Shown piece after piece: positions 1-7,777 of a stretch of 32,756 bases of DNA. The notes below the pieces were generated by a model. The model made no database searches. It was not told the origin of the DNA and worked only from the letters and a program-made list of their open reading frames with translations. A program made the position numbers and the translations under genes. Origin of the DNA: a virus (lineage: Duplodnaviria > Caudoviricetes); IMG/VR virus record IMGVR_UViG_3300005931_000046, positions 1 to 32,756 of that record. The stretch is one strand, 5' to 3'. Each line of letters opens with the position of its first letter. Position 1 is the stretch's first letter.

Positions 1-1638
1 ACAGTAAATAATCTATCCGGTGGATGGGAAAGTACCAAGACTGCTGTTGATGCTAGTTCACAAAATTGGAATGAGACCACTCAAGGAGTAGTGGATAATT
101 CAGGATCTTGGAGTACTGGAGTAAATGCTGCTAGTGCTCAAAACTGGAATGAAACAACTCAAGAAGTAGCTGATTCTTCTAGTGGCTGGAATACCACCCA
201 AACAGGACATAACGCTAGTTCACAAAATTGGAATGATGCACTGGTAACATTAGACTCTGCTTCTGGTGGTTGGACCTCAACCCAAAATACTGTTGCCGCT
301 GGAGTAGCAGGTTGGAACAGTACTGAAACTGCTATGGATAATAGCAGCCTTAACTGGAACGAGGTAACTCAGGGAGTAGCAGATGCTTCTGCCGGATGGG
401 GCTCTACGGAAACAGCGGTTACTCTTAGTTCCCAGAATTGGAATGAAGTAGTAAATGGTGTTGGCTCTAACTCTGGTGGTTGGGAATCAACCCAATCAAC
501 TGTTGCTGGTGGGGTCGGTGGCTGGAACAGTACTGAAACTGCTATGGATAATAGCAGCCTTAACTGGAACGAGACCACCCAAGGAGTAGCAGATAACTCA
601 GGAGCTTGGGGAGCAGGAGGAGGAGATCCTTTAGCAGTAGACAGTAAGTTCGGTGCTAGTGCTATCGTAGTAACATCAACTAGCTCAGTCAATATCGCAC
701 AAACAGGAGCAGGAGGGGATACTTATCTAAAGCTTGACATTGGAGCCGAACTCTATGAGCACGCTAAAGTAGCTTTTATTGTTACTGGCTCCACGGCAGC
801 ACCCCAAGAGGATGTTGATGCAGTCTCCTTTAATAATATTAACTCAGTAACAATGGGAACCCAACAGACGTTTGAGGTTGGTAGTAATACTCTCCTCACA
901 AGAAACATCCATGTTGGCAACGTACTAAGCTCTACTGAAGCTTGTGTAACCACCCTACAAGGTGCTGTAAACATCAATGGCGATATTACTATTAGTGCCG
1001 CCTCCCTAAGCTCTAACCCAAACAGCAATTGGGACTTAGGTAATTTCATTACCTTCAATGGAGAGTGTATCCACAATGAGCTAGTAACTCACACTAACGA
1101 TACAGACTTTCAGGCTGACATTACCACTAGTACAAACGTAACTATTGGTACTTTCGGGGACTTCAATTGTTGCACCACAGCAGTCTTCGCTGAGAGGAAT
1201 ATCACGGTTAGCTCCATGCCTATCCCTGCTCCCTATGTGTACGTCCAGCTAGACTCTATAGGGGATGAGGCTCTAGCCGATACGAATGTTGGTGTAGGAG
1301 CCTCTATCTCCACCAACATCATGCATGACGATTATCTTAGTTGGAATGATACTTCAAAGAGCTTTATGGTCTCAGCAGGAGGAGCTTACAAGTTGGAAGC
1401 AGCACTCCACCTTTCAGCAGCTACGACCCTTTGTGAGATTAAAGTGAAGCAAAATGATATAGCCAAGTATGTCGTAGAGACAAGAGTTAACGGAGCAGTT
1501 GATCCCGTTGAAAGATCCATCCTAAAGGTTCTTGATCTCGATGATGGGGATGACGTTGGAGTAACCATTAGCTCCAATAGTGGTGTTGAAGTAAGGTGTC
1601 TTTCTGGCACAACCATGTTCTTATCGAGGATAAAATAA
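1..1638 (+). CDS. Fibre-like virion protein, 5'-truncated: 14-aa Trp-periodic coiled-coil stalk, beta-rich middle, C-terminal C1q/TNF-like (BclA-CTD-like) domain
   Basis: Frame 1 is open from base 1 (TVNNLSGGWESTKTAVDASSQNWNETTQGVVDN...), so the true start lies upstream and the GTG at 91 is internal. The C-terminus has the C1q-like pattern FMVSAGGAYKLEAALHL...LDLDDGDDVGV. Confidence 0.7.
   Translation, partial: TVNNLSGGWESTKTAVDASSQNWNETTQGVVDNSGSWSTGVNAASAQNWNETTQEVADSSSGWNTTQTGHNASSQNWNDALVTLDSASGGWTSTQNTVAAGVAGWNSTETAMDNSSLNWNEVTQGVADASAGWGSTETAVTLSSQNWNEVVNGVGSNSGGWESTQSTVAGGVGGWNSTETAMDNSSLNWNETTQGVADNSGAWGAGGGDPLAVDSKFGASAIVVTSTSSVNIAQTGAGGDTYLKLDIGAELYEHAKVAFIVTGSTAAPQEDVDAVSFNNINSVTMGTQQTFEVGSNTLLTRNIHVGNVLSSTEACVTTLQGAVNINGDITISAASLSSNPNSNWDLGNFITFNGECIHNELVTHTNDTDFQADITTSTNVTIGTFGDFNCCTTAVFAERNITVSSMPIPAPYVYVQLDSIGDEALADTNVGVGASISTNIMHDDYLSWNDTSKSFMVSAGGAYKLEAALHLSAATTLCEIKVKQNDIAKYVVETRVNGAVDPVERSILKVLDLDDGDDVGVTISSNSGVEVRCLSGTTMFLSRIK
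25..609 (+). repeat. 42-nt (14-aa) periodic coding repeat, including an exact 51-bp duplication
   Basis: TGG codons at 25, 67, 109, 145, 187, 229, 271, 313, 355, 397, 439, 481, 523, 565 and 607 (42-nt spacing with one 36-nt step). 313-363 is identical to 523-573 (offset 210 = 5 x 42). Confidence 0.92.
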
Positions 1639-1705
1639 TGAGTATCATCAAAAAATGGCAATACCCACCTGTGGCACATTGCTGAAAAGGCAAGTAGCTA
1701 CCTTA

Positions 1706-1930
1706 CTAGTCTAGTAAGATATTCTGCTTTGCAGCGTTAATGACCCTCCAAGTATACGATTCCTTGTATCCTTGGAGGGTTGTCATTATATTACTAAGCC
1801 TTTGAAGGGTGGTCTCATCTACCTTACCGTGGATAATCAGAGTCTTCACCTCTTCGATGACGGTCTGAAATTCCTTAATGTCCGCATCAGTAATAGCTGA
1901 TGCTTTTTTCTTAATGTTATCTGATTTCAT
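1706..1930 (-). CDS. Hypothetical protein (74 aa)
   Basis: ATGA overlap with the upstream oxygenase gene; last gene of the minus-strand operon; helical-looking sequence. Confidence 0.7.
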   Translation of the reverse strand: MKSDNIKKKASAITDADIKEFQTVIEEVKTLIIHGKVDETTLQRLSNIMTTLQGYKESYTWRVINAAKQNILLD

Positions 1931-2520
1931 ACGTTCTTAATTACCTTGATGGGATTGTCCCATGAGCTAATGGTTAGGGAGACTCTCTTGCCTCCCTTGC
2001 AGTCTCTAATTGGAAGTACAGCGTGAGGGAACTGGCTCTCGAATAGTACTAATCGGTTGTACTTGTAGTTAACGCAAAGCCAATCAGAGCTTTTTCTAGC
2101 TAAGTCCATGACCTCCCAGATATCACTGATGAATGCGTAGTTGTTGTGGTAGCCCTCAGTATGGATTACTAGCTCCCCTCCCTCCACCTCTGCCCCTAGG
2201 TAAAAGGTAGCTGTGTACTTGGCTGGGACGACTCCCTCTGATTCCTCGTCACAATCTACATGGTGGTCTAGGCAGTTGGTGTTCTCGTCTAGGCTGTTAA
2301 ACCAGACCTCGTATCCCTTACCTTGGAACCTAGGGAACTCAGTACAGATGAATCTAATGATCTGTGCTACCCTTGCTTCCAGTTCGTTCTTGTGCTTAGG
2401 CTTAATGACGTAACTATGTGGCATGAAATCTAGCTGTAGATCTCCAATAGCTTCAATAGTCTGATACAGTGAGTCGATAATCTCTGTCTTTCTGACGAAG
2501 TTGTCGTGAATAGTAATCAT
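1927..2520 (-). CDS. 2OG-Fe(II)-dependent oxygenase (prolyl-hydroxylase-like fold)
   Basis: HxD (HHVDCD), TFYL...GGEL strand, NRLVLF, distal His (FPHAV) and RxS 2-oxoglutarate-binding motif (KRVSL). Confidence 0.85.
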   Translation of the reverse strand: MITIHDNFVRKTEIIDSLYQTIEAIGDLQLDFMPHSYVIKPKHKNELEARVAQIIRFICTEFPRFQGKGYEVWFNSLDENTNCLDHHVDCDEESEGVVPAKYTATFYLGAEVEGGELVIHTEGYHNNYAFISDIWEVMDLARKSSDWLCVNYKYNRLVLFESQFPHAVLPIRDCKGGKRVSLTISSWDNPIKVIKNV

Positions 2521-3884
2521 AGTTTCTTTACCTCATGCCCTTCTCTTTTATAGTGGCGTTCTCGTTGTTTTGCGTGCCCTTCCAAGTATTTCTCTTTGTC
2601 CATAAAATCATAGACGTAGACGACCTCTTTGGAGTGGTGCTTCCTCAGTGCTCTACCCAGGGCTTGAATAGTAGCAATCTCTGATTTCATCCCTCTAGCA
2701 TTGATGAAGTGGCTTACTTCTTCGATGTTAACTCCTGTTTGGAGGATCTTAGTGCCAATAAGAATTCTAGGTCCATCATCAGTCGTGAATCGATGAATAC
2801 TTTCATACCTTTCTGAGAGGTTGTTTGCTCCTTCAAGAAACTCGCACTTGTCTCCAAGTAGCTTTTCCAAGGTTCTTCCGTGAGCAAGTGATTTGGTAAG
2901 TATAAGAATGCGGGGTCTTTCATTTGATTCTGTTATCGCCTCTACGATTTGTTTGATTTGGTTATTTCTCTTGTCGTTGTGTACAATGTATTCATCGTAT
3001 ACGTCTAGGTAGGACATATCCTCATCTTTACCACTAGCGTCATAGGTTCTGTCTATGAGTTGGATGATTGGCTTGGTCAGCTTACCGTCCTCAATCAATT
3101 CAGATGTATTCCTAGCGGTGATGGTAGGGCCAAAGGCTCCTGCTAGGTTGTGGGCTGGGATGTTCTCTCTTGGTGGAGTGGCTGTCATTCCGAATCGGTA
3201 TACCGCTTCAGGAAAGCTTTGTATAGCCGCCACTGTCTTTTCGCCATTTGCAAACTCATGTACCTCATCAACCAAGAGGACTTCGGCTGTTTCCAAGTGC
3301 GTGTCGAGGATCCTCTCAATGCTTTGGACAGTAGAAAGCATAATGTCGCCATAAATATAACCCTCCCCAAAGCAAATGCCAATAGAATCAAACTTGCCCA
3401 CAGTAGTAAGGAACTCATACGTCTGCTTTAGGATTTGTTTAGAGGTGAAGAGGACGACCATCTTACGTCCCTCCAAGGCTTTTATCAGGGAAGCTAGGAT
3501 GATAGTCTTTCCTGAACCTGTTGGAGATTGGATAATCCCTCTCTTTTGTTCGAGAGCAGTACTTACTAAGGTCTCTTGATAATCGTATAGCTGTGTACCC
3601 TCTATCTCCCAAGGCAACAGATCAGTATTGAACTCTCTCTTGTCCTTGATTTCGGGTACGCACTCGATCTTCTCAAGAGCCTCTTGCACTTTATATAGCA
3701 TCCCTGTTTTGAACTTCCCTGCCTTGGTAATGAAATGGATCTTCCCATCCCAGTGCCTTCGCTTGTAGGCTGGGGAATGTTCCGCGCCTGGCTTCTTAAA
3801 TGAGAAGTACTCGTACATAGCTTTCAGCAGATCTGGATTGTCTGTTTTAATGTGCGAATTTAGGGTTCCTACTGTAATTTCCAT
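2517..3884 (-). CDS. uvsW: UvsW-like superfamily 2 DNA helicase
   Basis: Q-motif LYDYQ, Walker A SPTGSGKT, DEVH, motif III TAT, TGVNI and motif VI QALGRALR. The N-terminal 'SPAYKRRHWDGKIHF' segment is typical of phage UvsW homologues. Confidence 0.9.
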   Translation of the reverse strand: MEITVGTLNSHIKTDNPDLLKAMYEYFSFKKPGAEHSPAYKRRHWDGKIHFITKAGKFKTGMLYKVQEALEKIECVPEIKDKREFNTDLLPWEIEGTQLYDYQETLVSTALEQKRGIIQSPTGSGKTIILASLIKALEGRKMVVLFTSKQILKQTYEFLTTVGKFDSIGICFGEGYIYGDIMLSTVQSIERILDTHLETAEVLLVDEVHEFANGEKTVAAIQSFPEAVYRFGMTATPPRENIPAHNLAGAFGPTITARNTSELIEDGKLTKPIIQLIDRTYDASGKDEDMSYLDVYDEYIVHNDKRNNQIKQIVEAITESNERPRILILTKSLAHGRTLEKLLGDKCEFLEGANNLSERYESIHRFTTDDGPRILIGTKILQTGVNIEEVSHFINARGMKSEIATIQALGRALRKHHSKEVVYVYDFMDKEKYLEGHAKQRERHYKREGHEVKKL

Positions 3885-3919
3885 ACACTATAATAGGTGA
3901 GAAACCCCCGTAAAAAACC
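3885..3919. promoter_or_regulatory. Divergent intergenic region with a palindromic -10-like element CTATAATAG (3888-3896)
   Basis: 35-bp gap between divergent genes. TATAAT lies on the + strand. On the - strand TATTAT lies 5 nt before the helicase ATG. Confidence 0.5.
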
Positions 3920-4639
3920 ATGAGTAAGAAAGATGATATCGTTTCTGAGATCCTAAAGGATCTTCCCGTAGATGTCGCTATTGAGGTGGAACTCCCCTCA
4001 GAGAACAAGGCATATGCTATTGATGAGAGTACAAGAGTTCTTCTTCGCCCGATGACCTTTGACGATGAGAAGAGTCTGGTTAGTGCTGGAAGGGACAGTA
4101 ATCCCATTAACCTCCTCCTGGAGCGTTGTGTATCGAACATTAAGGTTCCTGACCTACTTTCGATGGATAAGCTCTATCTCATCCTCAAGCTAAGAGAAAT
4201 CTCTTATGGGGACAACTATGACGTTCTGCTGATTTGTCCCTCATGTCAGGCAGAAAACCCTGTAACTATCCTATTGTCCCAACTAGCCATCAATCCTGTC
4301 CCAGACGATTTTACGGACCCAATTGAGATTGATCTGCCAAAACTAGGAAAGAAGGCCAAAGTCCGTATCCCCAGGGTTAGAGACGAGAAAACCTTGTCTG
4401 ACCCAAAAACCTCCTCAGATCAGCTTTGGAGGTTTGTCACTGAAATTGCAGGTCAGACTGACAAAGCCGTAATTGCTGCCGTAGTTAACAAGCTACCCCT
4501 AATTGACATTAAGACCATCATCAAAGCAATGAAGACTGATTATGGTGTCGAGACAAAGGTGAATCTCCAATGCACTTCTTGTGGAGGGGGTAAGGTTGTT
4601 GACCTACCCATTGGAGAGAATTTTTTCGGCGTGAAGTAG
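3920..4639 (+). CDS. T4 gp26-like baseplate hub / tail assembly chaperone
   Basis: ELPS, LRPMTFDDEK and DKLYLILKLREISYG motifs, two CxxC pairs (CPSC, CTSC) and a terminal 'NFF' all match this family. Confidence 0.8.
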   Translation: MSKKDDIVSEILKDLPVDVAIEVELPSENKAYAIDESTRVLLRPMTFDDEKSLVSAGRDSNPINLLLERCVSNIKVPDLLSMDKLYLILKLREISYGDNYDVLLICPSCQAENPVTILLSQLAINPVPDDFTDPIEIDLPKLGKKAKVRIPRVRDEKTLSDPKTSSDQLWRFVTEIAGQTDKAVIAAVVNKLPLIDIKTIIKAMKTDYGVETKVNLQCTSCGGGKVVDLPIGENFFGVK

Positions 4640-4669
4640 AGGAAGTAATAGATTTAGACTCTCTGCTTT
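4621..4669 (+). promoter_or_regulatory. Putative -1 programmed ribosomal frameshift signal (slippery T TTT TTC plus 3' hairpin)
   Basis: In-frame heptamer T TTT TTC at 4621-4627, then a 5-nt spacer. 4633-4642 can pair with 4660-4669 (10 bp including 3 G-U). Confidence 0.7.
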
Positions 4670-4791
4670 TAGAAGCCTATATACTTGTAAAGCACGCTAG
4701 ATTTGCTTACTCAGATGTTAGGCAAATGACTAGGACAGAGAGAACAGCTTTCCTTAATCTACTTAAGCAGGAAACGGAGAAAAACGAATAA
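4627..4791 (+). CDS. -1 frame extension of the chaperone (gpGT / gpE' / short gp51-like tail, 54 aa); not in the ORF track
   Basis: Reads RREVEEVIDLDSLLLEAYILVKHARFAYSDVRQMTRTERTAFLNLLKQETEKNE*. It fills the 4640-4792 gap exactly (TAA ends 1 nt before the next ATG) and has no ATG until 4726. Confidence 0.75.
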   Translation, partial: RREVEEVIDLDSLLLEAYILVKHARFAYSDVRQMTRTERTAFLNLLKQETEKNE

Positions 4792-4792
4792 G

Positions 4793-5743
4793 ATGCAACT
4801 CAACAACGTAAATCTAGCCGATAGACATAATCGACCTACTGTATTGGAGAAGGTAGCCCTAAGGGCATTCTTCATTAACAGTGGTGAGTACTACGACCCA
4901 TATGACATTAGCGGTGTCACAGTATTTAATAGATCAGATAACCTGACCCCCGCTCAGATCCTAGATGATAACGTAGTTGCACCAGCTATTACTGCGACTC
5001 AGATCAAGATGCATTTTTCGGCATCTGCTAATGATGCAGGAGCAGCACTAGCGGTAACTAGCTATAACCCTGCTAAGGATCCAAACTGTCTTAGTGGTAT
5101 CTTCCGAGTCAGAACAGGTGAGTACGTTGCTGTCCTAGATGGAACTCAGGATACTTCTGGAATCTATACCTTGAATGGTTCGTCTACTGAGGTACAGAAT
5201 ACTGTGAGTGCTGTAGGTGATTACCTTGATGTCTGGACTATTCAGTTCGCACAAGGATCAGTATACCGCTCCATCATAAATGATTTCACTCTCTATGATG
5301 ACACCTTCTTCTCAATCACCCAGCCCCTAATCTTTTCTGTTCAGAACAGACTTGTTAATAAGCACCTACAGTTAAGCTCCGTAGAAAACCTTAAGTTCCC
5401 AACGGAGATTACTATTACCAACAAGGATATTGACACAAGTATCAAAAACCTGTTCAATGATTCGTCTCTAATTACGAATGCTACAGTAGAGATTCAGAAG
5501 GTTAACGAGGGTTCCGTTGCTCTGCCCTCCCATGTCACTGTAGTCTCTCACGCTCAAAGCTCAGGCTTAGTAGATGTCACCTCAGACAACACTCTCATCT
5601 ACAAGTTCGATACAGCCACCCTAGTAAGCCATGCTCAGATCGCACAGTTCAATGGAGTTACTGGAACGTACAGAGCTACCCTTAAGTATACTCTGCTCAA
5701 TGAAACTATCGTCAGTCCTCCCTACTACTTCGTTATATCTTAG
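4793..5743 (+). CDS. Hypothetical beta-rich (Ig-like?) probable virion protein, 316 aa
   Basis: Long ORF directly after the chaperone extension; beta-strand-like pattern (GDYLDVWTIQF, GTYRATLKY). No family recognised with certainty. Confidence 0.6.
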   Translation: MQLNNVNLADRHNRPTVLEKVALRAFFINSGEYYDPYDISGVTVFNRSDNLTPAQILDDNVVAPAITATQIKMHFSASANDAGAALAVTSYNPAKDPNCLSGIFRVRTGEYVAVLDGTQDTSGIYTLNGSSTEVQNTVSAVGDYLDVWTIQFAQGSVYRSIINDFTLYDDTFFSITQPLIFSVQNRLVNKHLQLSSVENLKFPTEITITNKDIDTSIKNLFNDSSLITNATVEIQKVNEGSVALPSHVTVVSHAQSSGLVDVTSDNTLIYKFDTATLVSHAQIAQFNGVTGTYRATLKYTLLNETIVSPPYYFVIS

Positions 5744-6719
5744 ACAACTTTAGTAGTTGGGCGTACTCGTAAGTGTATTTCTCAGCTCTATCATGGAGCC
5801 AAGCCTTTAGGTCGTGTTTAAACTGCCAGGCTTGGTTCCAATCTTTTTCTGGAGGGAAGCACACAGAGAACTCTGGGAGGCGTAGGGTCTTCCTAAGCTT
5901 CTCGAAAGCCAGGATTCCCTTGTGTCCACCCTCATCCTCGTCAAAACCAAGGATAATACGGCCCTTAAAGCCTAGTAGAGACTCAGCTTGGACTCTAGAG
6001 ATGATATTTCCACCGATAGCAGTAGCATTAACGCCTGCTAGTTGCATACTTCTAGCATCCACACACCCTTCACACAAAACTAGGTGGTCAGCTTCCTCAT
6101 CGAAGGGATAGAAGACATCATTTGCCTTAAATGAGCCTCTAGGGTTGAGGTATTTAGGCTTAACATTACCCAATGCCCTAGCTTGGAAGAAGAAGACCTC
6201 CTTATTGCTGTCGAAGTAGGGGATTAGCACCCTCCCTTCGAACCTACCGGAGTGACAGTAGTAAAATTGGACACCTTCGTCATCGACATCAAACAATTTA
6301 CGACCATAGAGGTAGTACCAAGCATCCTCTACCTCAACGGAGATGCCCTCCTCAGAGATAGTGTACGGAGAGATAGGAATTAGGTCCGTTTCCTCTACCT
6401 CATTAGGTACGATCTCCTCCTCTACCTCTACTTCTGGGAGATCCTGATAGTTGAAGGTCTTAATAAACAGATCGCGCATTGCACGCTGCCTAGTAATTCC
6501 CTCCGACATAGCATACAGTCCGATGAAGTTGCCTTTCTCCCCAGTCTTGAAGCATCTCCACAGACCTGTATGGATGTTCACGGACATATGCCGCTTGAAA
6601 TCATACTCTAAAAACAGCGATTCCATGACGAATTCCTTGTCATCGGCTGATAATCGGCCAATACTTTGGAACTTCGTAAGAACGTAGTCTCTAATATACT
6701 GAGGTGTAACTATGTACAT
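5733..6719 (-). CDS. DnaG-type (TOPRIM) DNA primase with a degenerate N-terminal zinc-binding domain
   Basis: GRVLIP...FFQAR, KPKYLNP, TOPRIM LVLCEGCVDA and DxD (GFDEDEGG), KDWNQ; N-terminal WRCFKTGEKGN. Confidence 0.9.
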   Translation of the reverse strand: MYIVTPQYIRDYVLTKFQSIGRLSADDKEFVMESLFLEYDFKRHMSVNIHTGLWRCFKTGEKGNFIGLYAMSEGITRQRAMRDLFIKTFNYQDLPEVEVEEEIVPNEVEETDLIPISPYTISEEGISVEVEDAWYYLYGRKLFDVDDEGVQFYYCHSGRFEGRVLIPYFDSNKEVFFFQARALGNVKPKYLNPRGSFKANDVFYPFDEEADHLVLCEGCVDARSMQLAGVNATAIGGNIISRVQAESLLGFKGRIILGFDEDEGGHKGILAFEKLRKTLRLPEFSVCFPPEKDWNQAWQFKHDLKAWLHDRAEKYTYEYAQLLKLSKI

Positions 6720-7509
6720 AAAAACGATATCTGAATCTAAACTGAATACTTACAAACAATGCAAGCTGAAATACAAGTTCCGTTATGTGAACAGGCTTGC
6801 TGAACCAAAAGGCTCCAACGTTGATGCTCTCCATTTCGGCTCGTATATCCACAAGGTTCTTGAGGATGCAATCGAGGCTGAAACATTAGAAGAGATGGTT
6901 GAGGTGTCCAAGCGGGTCAAGGGGAACTACTCTATATCAGAGAGCTACCAGGGCAAGGACTTGAAGTGTTTCACCAATTTTCTTAAGTTCAACAAGGGCC
7001 TGGGCAAGACGGTAGGCAAGGAATTAGTCTACGAGGTTCCCATCAAAGACGACATCACTGTCAACGGCATCATCGACCGTGTTATCCAAGGGGAGAACGG
7101 TGGTTATCTCGTCATCGATTACAAAACAAGTAAGAGAGAGAAAACCAGGGTGGACCTATTCCAAGACACCCAACTGAAGGGGTATGCTTACGCTATCAGT
7201 AAGCTGTTCAAAGTTCCTGTTAGCGAGGTTGTCGTAGCTCACTACTACCCTCTTACAAATAACTTCGTCTACCTAACGTACACATCAAACCAGATATCTG
7301 CTTACTGCAAGATGATCGTTGATAAGATCTGGATGATTCGTAAGACCAAGGCTGAGGATGTTCGTCCTTCAAGGAATGAGTTTTGTAACTGGTGTGCGTA
7401 CAAGGTTATGTGCCCTGAGTTTCAGACTGCTCATGAGTGTGCTAGTAGGCTCGAAAAAGAGAAAGCCAGAAGCAAGCAACTCAGGGAGGCTAGAAAGGAC
7501 CGCAAATAA
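6712..7509 (+). CDS. PD-(D/E)XK exonuclease, Cas4/AddB/RecB-like, with 4-Cys Fe-S ligands
   Basis: ISESKLNTYKQC, GSYIHKVLE, GIIDRV, IDYKTS, QLKGY and C-terminal CNWC-x5-C. SD-like GAGGTG at 6701-6706. Confidence 0.9.
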   Translation: MYIKTISESKLNTYKQCKLKYKFRYVNRLAEPKGSNVDALHFGSYIHKVLEDAIEAETLEEMVEVSKRVKGNYSISESYQGKDLKCFTNFLKFNKGLGKTVGKELVYEVPIKDDITVNGIIDRVIQGENGGYLVIDYKTSKREKTRVDLFQDTQLKGYAYAISKLFKVPVSEVVVAHYYPLTNNFVYLTYTSNQISAYCKMIVDKIWMIRKTKAEDVRPSRNEFCNWCAYKVMCPEFQTAHECASRLEKEKARSKQLREARKDRK

Positions 7510-7777
7510 AAGGCTCATACAATTCAATGTCGATGGCTACAAAAAAGCTATTGATCTGCTCGGGGCTGTACTTGCACTTCTTATTGAGGTGGTTGTACAG
7601 CCTCTTTCTTTTTAGTACCTTTCCTTTATTCATGTGCTCAAGGATCTTGAGTTGAAAATGCTTGATGAACCTCTCCGAATACTTGTGTCTCCACTTCTCC
7701 ACGAAGTTCGAGCTTAGAGTTTCATTTAAGAGATCTAGGAAATCAATAATGTCAATATCTATATTGTTACTATACAT
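7490..7777 (-). CDS. Hypothetical basic helical protein (95 aa)
   Basis: Fills the gap between the nuclease and the tail operon; Lys/Arg-rich core; 20-bp convergent overlap with the nuclease. Confidence 0.65.
   Translation of the reverse strand: MYSNNIDIDIIDFLDLLNETLSSNFVEKWRHKYSERFIKHFQLKILEHMNKGKVLKRKRLYNHLNKKCKYSPEQINSFFVAIDIELYEPFICGPF

Noticed and set aside
91-93. GTG at 91 as the start of the first gene
   Set aside because: The frame and its 14-aa repeat continue upstream to base 1 without a stop.
280-573. Possible diversity-generating retroelement template/variable repeat pair in the fibre gene
   Set aside because: Differences flanking the identical core are not adenine-specific, the offset is an exact multiple of the 42-nt protein repeat, and no reverse transcriptase is present in the window.
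2517-7509. Inteins or introns in the helicase, primase or nuclease
   Set aside because: All three are of normal length with contiguous motifs and show no splicing or homing-endonuclease signatures.
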